NCBI GenBank assembly: GCA_963717525.1
Contig: OY970343.1
Span: 1,728,001-1,792,000 of the forward strand
Direction: 5' to 3'
From: an uncultured Methanoregulaceae archaeon
GTDB lineage: Archaea; Halobacteriota; Methanomicrobia; Methanomicrobiales; Methanospirillaceae
DNA: 64,000 bases
Below are positions 63,164 to 64,000 of this stretch, piece after piece. Position 1 is the stretch's first letter. Each line of letters starts with the position of its first letter. A model generated the notes under the pieces. That model was not told the DNA's origin and did no database searches. It worked only from the letters and a program-made list of their open reading frames with translations. The position numbers and the translations under genes are program-made.

Positions 63164-64000
63164 GTGTGTGGGATTGTCGGGTATATCGGGAGAAGGCAGG
63201 CAGCCCCTCTCATCCTCGAAGGCTTAAAAAAACTTGAATACCGGGGGTATGATTCATTCGGCATTGCCACTCTCGGGAGCCGGATTGAGATCGAAAAACA
63301 CAAGGGCCGGATTTCAGAATATGCCGGTACGATCCATTTACACGGGACGTCCGGTATCGGCCACACCCGTTGGGCAACCCACGGGGTTCCAAACGATCTC
63401 AATGCTCACCCGCACACGGACTGCACCAGCCAGATTGCCCTGGTCCACAACGGGATCATCGAAAATTATTCCGAATTAAAAAAAGCGCTCATTGCACGAG
63501 GGCATGTTTTCCGGTCAGAGACCGATACTGAAGTCATTGCTCACCTCATTGAGGAGCATTTCTCAAAAACACGAGACCTGCTGTCCGCAGTAAGGGATAC
63601 TCTCCCGCTTCTCAGGGGATCGTATGCACTGCTGGTCATTGCAAACGGGGCAGACTGCGTGGTCGCGGCCCGGAACGGCAGCCCGCTGGTGCTGGGGATC
63701 GGAGACAATGAATATTTCGCTGCCTCTGACATGACCCCGGTCCTGGATTACACGGAGCGTGCCGTCTTTCTTGAAGATGGCGATATTGCCTGCCTGACAC
63801 GAGGCGGCGTTGAGATTTTCCAGGATACCCGGCCGGTGAGCCGGCCGGTGGAACTGGTTGACTGGTCACCTGAAGAGGTCAGGAAAGGGGGCTTTGACCA
63901 TTACATGCTCAAGGAGATCTACGAACAGCCCCAGGCATTCTTCAACACCCTGAGGGCCATCGATAAACAAACTTTCCCATCCTTTGTCTGCCGATCCTCG
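63164..64000 (+). CDS. glmS: Glutamine--fructose-6-phosphate transaminase (runs off the window end)
   Basis: GTG start, MCGIVGYIG, LEYRGYDSFG, GHTRWATHG, VHNGIIEN, HYMLKEIYEQP. Confidence 0.96.
   Translation, partial: MCGIVGYIGRRQAAPLILEGLKKLEYRGYDSFGIATLGSRIEIEKHKGRISEYAGTIHLHGTSGIGHTRWATHGVPNDLNAHPHTDCTSQIALVHNGIIENYSELKKALIARGHVFRSETDTEVIAHLIEEHFSKTRDLLSAVRDTLPLLRGSYALLVIANGADCVVAARNGSPLVLGIGDNEYFAASDMTPVLDYTERAVFLEDGDIACLTRGGVEIFQDTRPVSRPVELVDWSPEEVRKGGFDHYMLKEIYEQPQAFFNTLRAIDKQTFPSFVCRSS

Overview
Chromosomal window of a methanogenic archaeon. SepRS, aRF1, aEF-2, Taw1, archaeal phosphoribulokinase and PGF-type surface proteins point to Methanomicrobiales, probably Methanoregula-like (inference). 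The left half (1-32 kb) is mostly accessory: acr3-arsC, several secreted or surface proteins, a DUF4185-like lipoprotein, rps17e, a thermosome subunit, a complete IS481-family element with a 6-bp target duplication inside a PEGA-domain gene, cbiMNQO, tandem HEAT-repeat membrane proteins, a divergent calpain-like protease next to a beta-propeller/PKD surface protein, a DUF5667-like/membrane-tethered HTH/CPBP-protease trio, an M20 peptidase and an MFS transporter. The right half is mostly housekeeping: rps12-rps7-fusA, queDEC-nudix, prf1-argS-taw1-sepS, prk, a YprB/YprA nuclease-helicase pair, a solitary DNA methyltransferase, an LVIVD surface protein, sufC-sufB-pcm and glmM-glmU-glmU-glmS. About ten genes carry 1-2 nt indels. 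Many breakpoints sit on GTAC sites and the rest mostly in G runs, which looks like long-read consensus error, possibly a DNA-methylation footprint, rather than gene decay. I saw no rRNA, tRNA or CRISPR array. All family assignments come from motif recognition by eye, not database searches.
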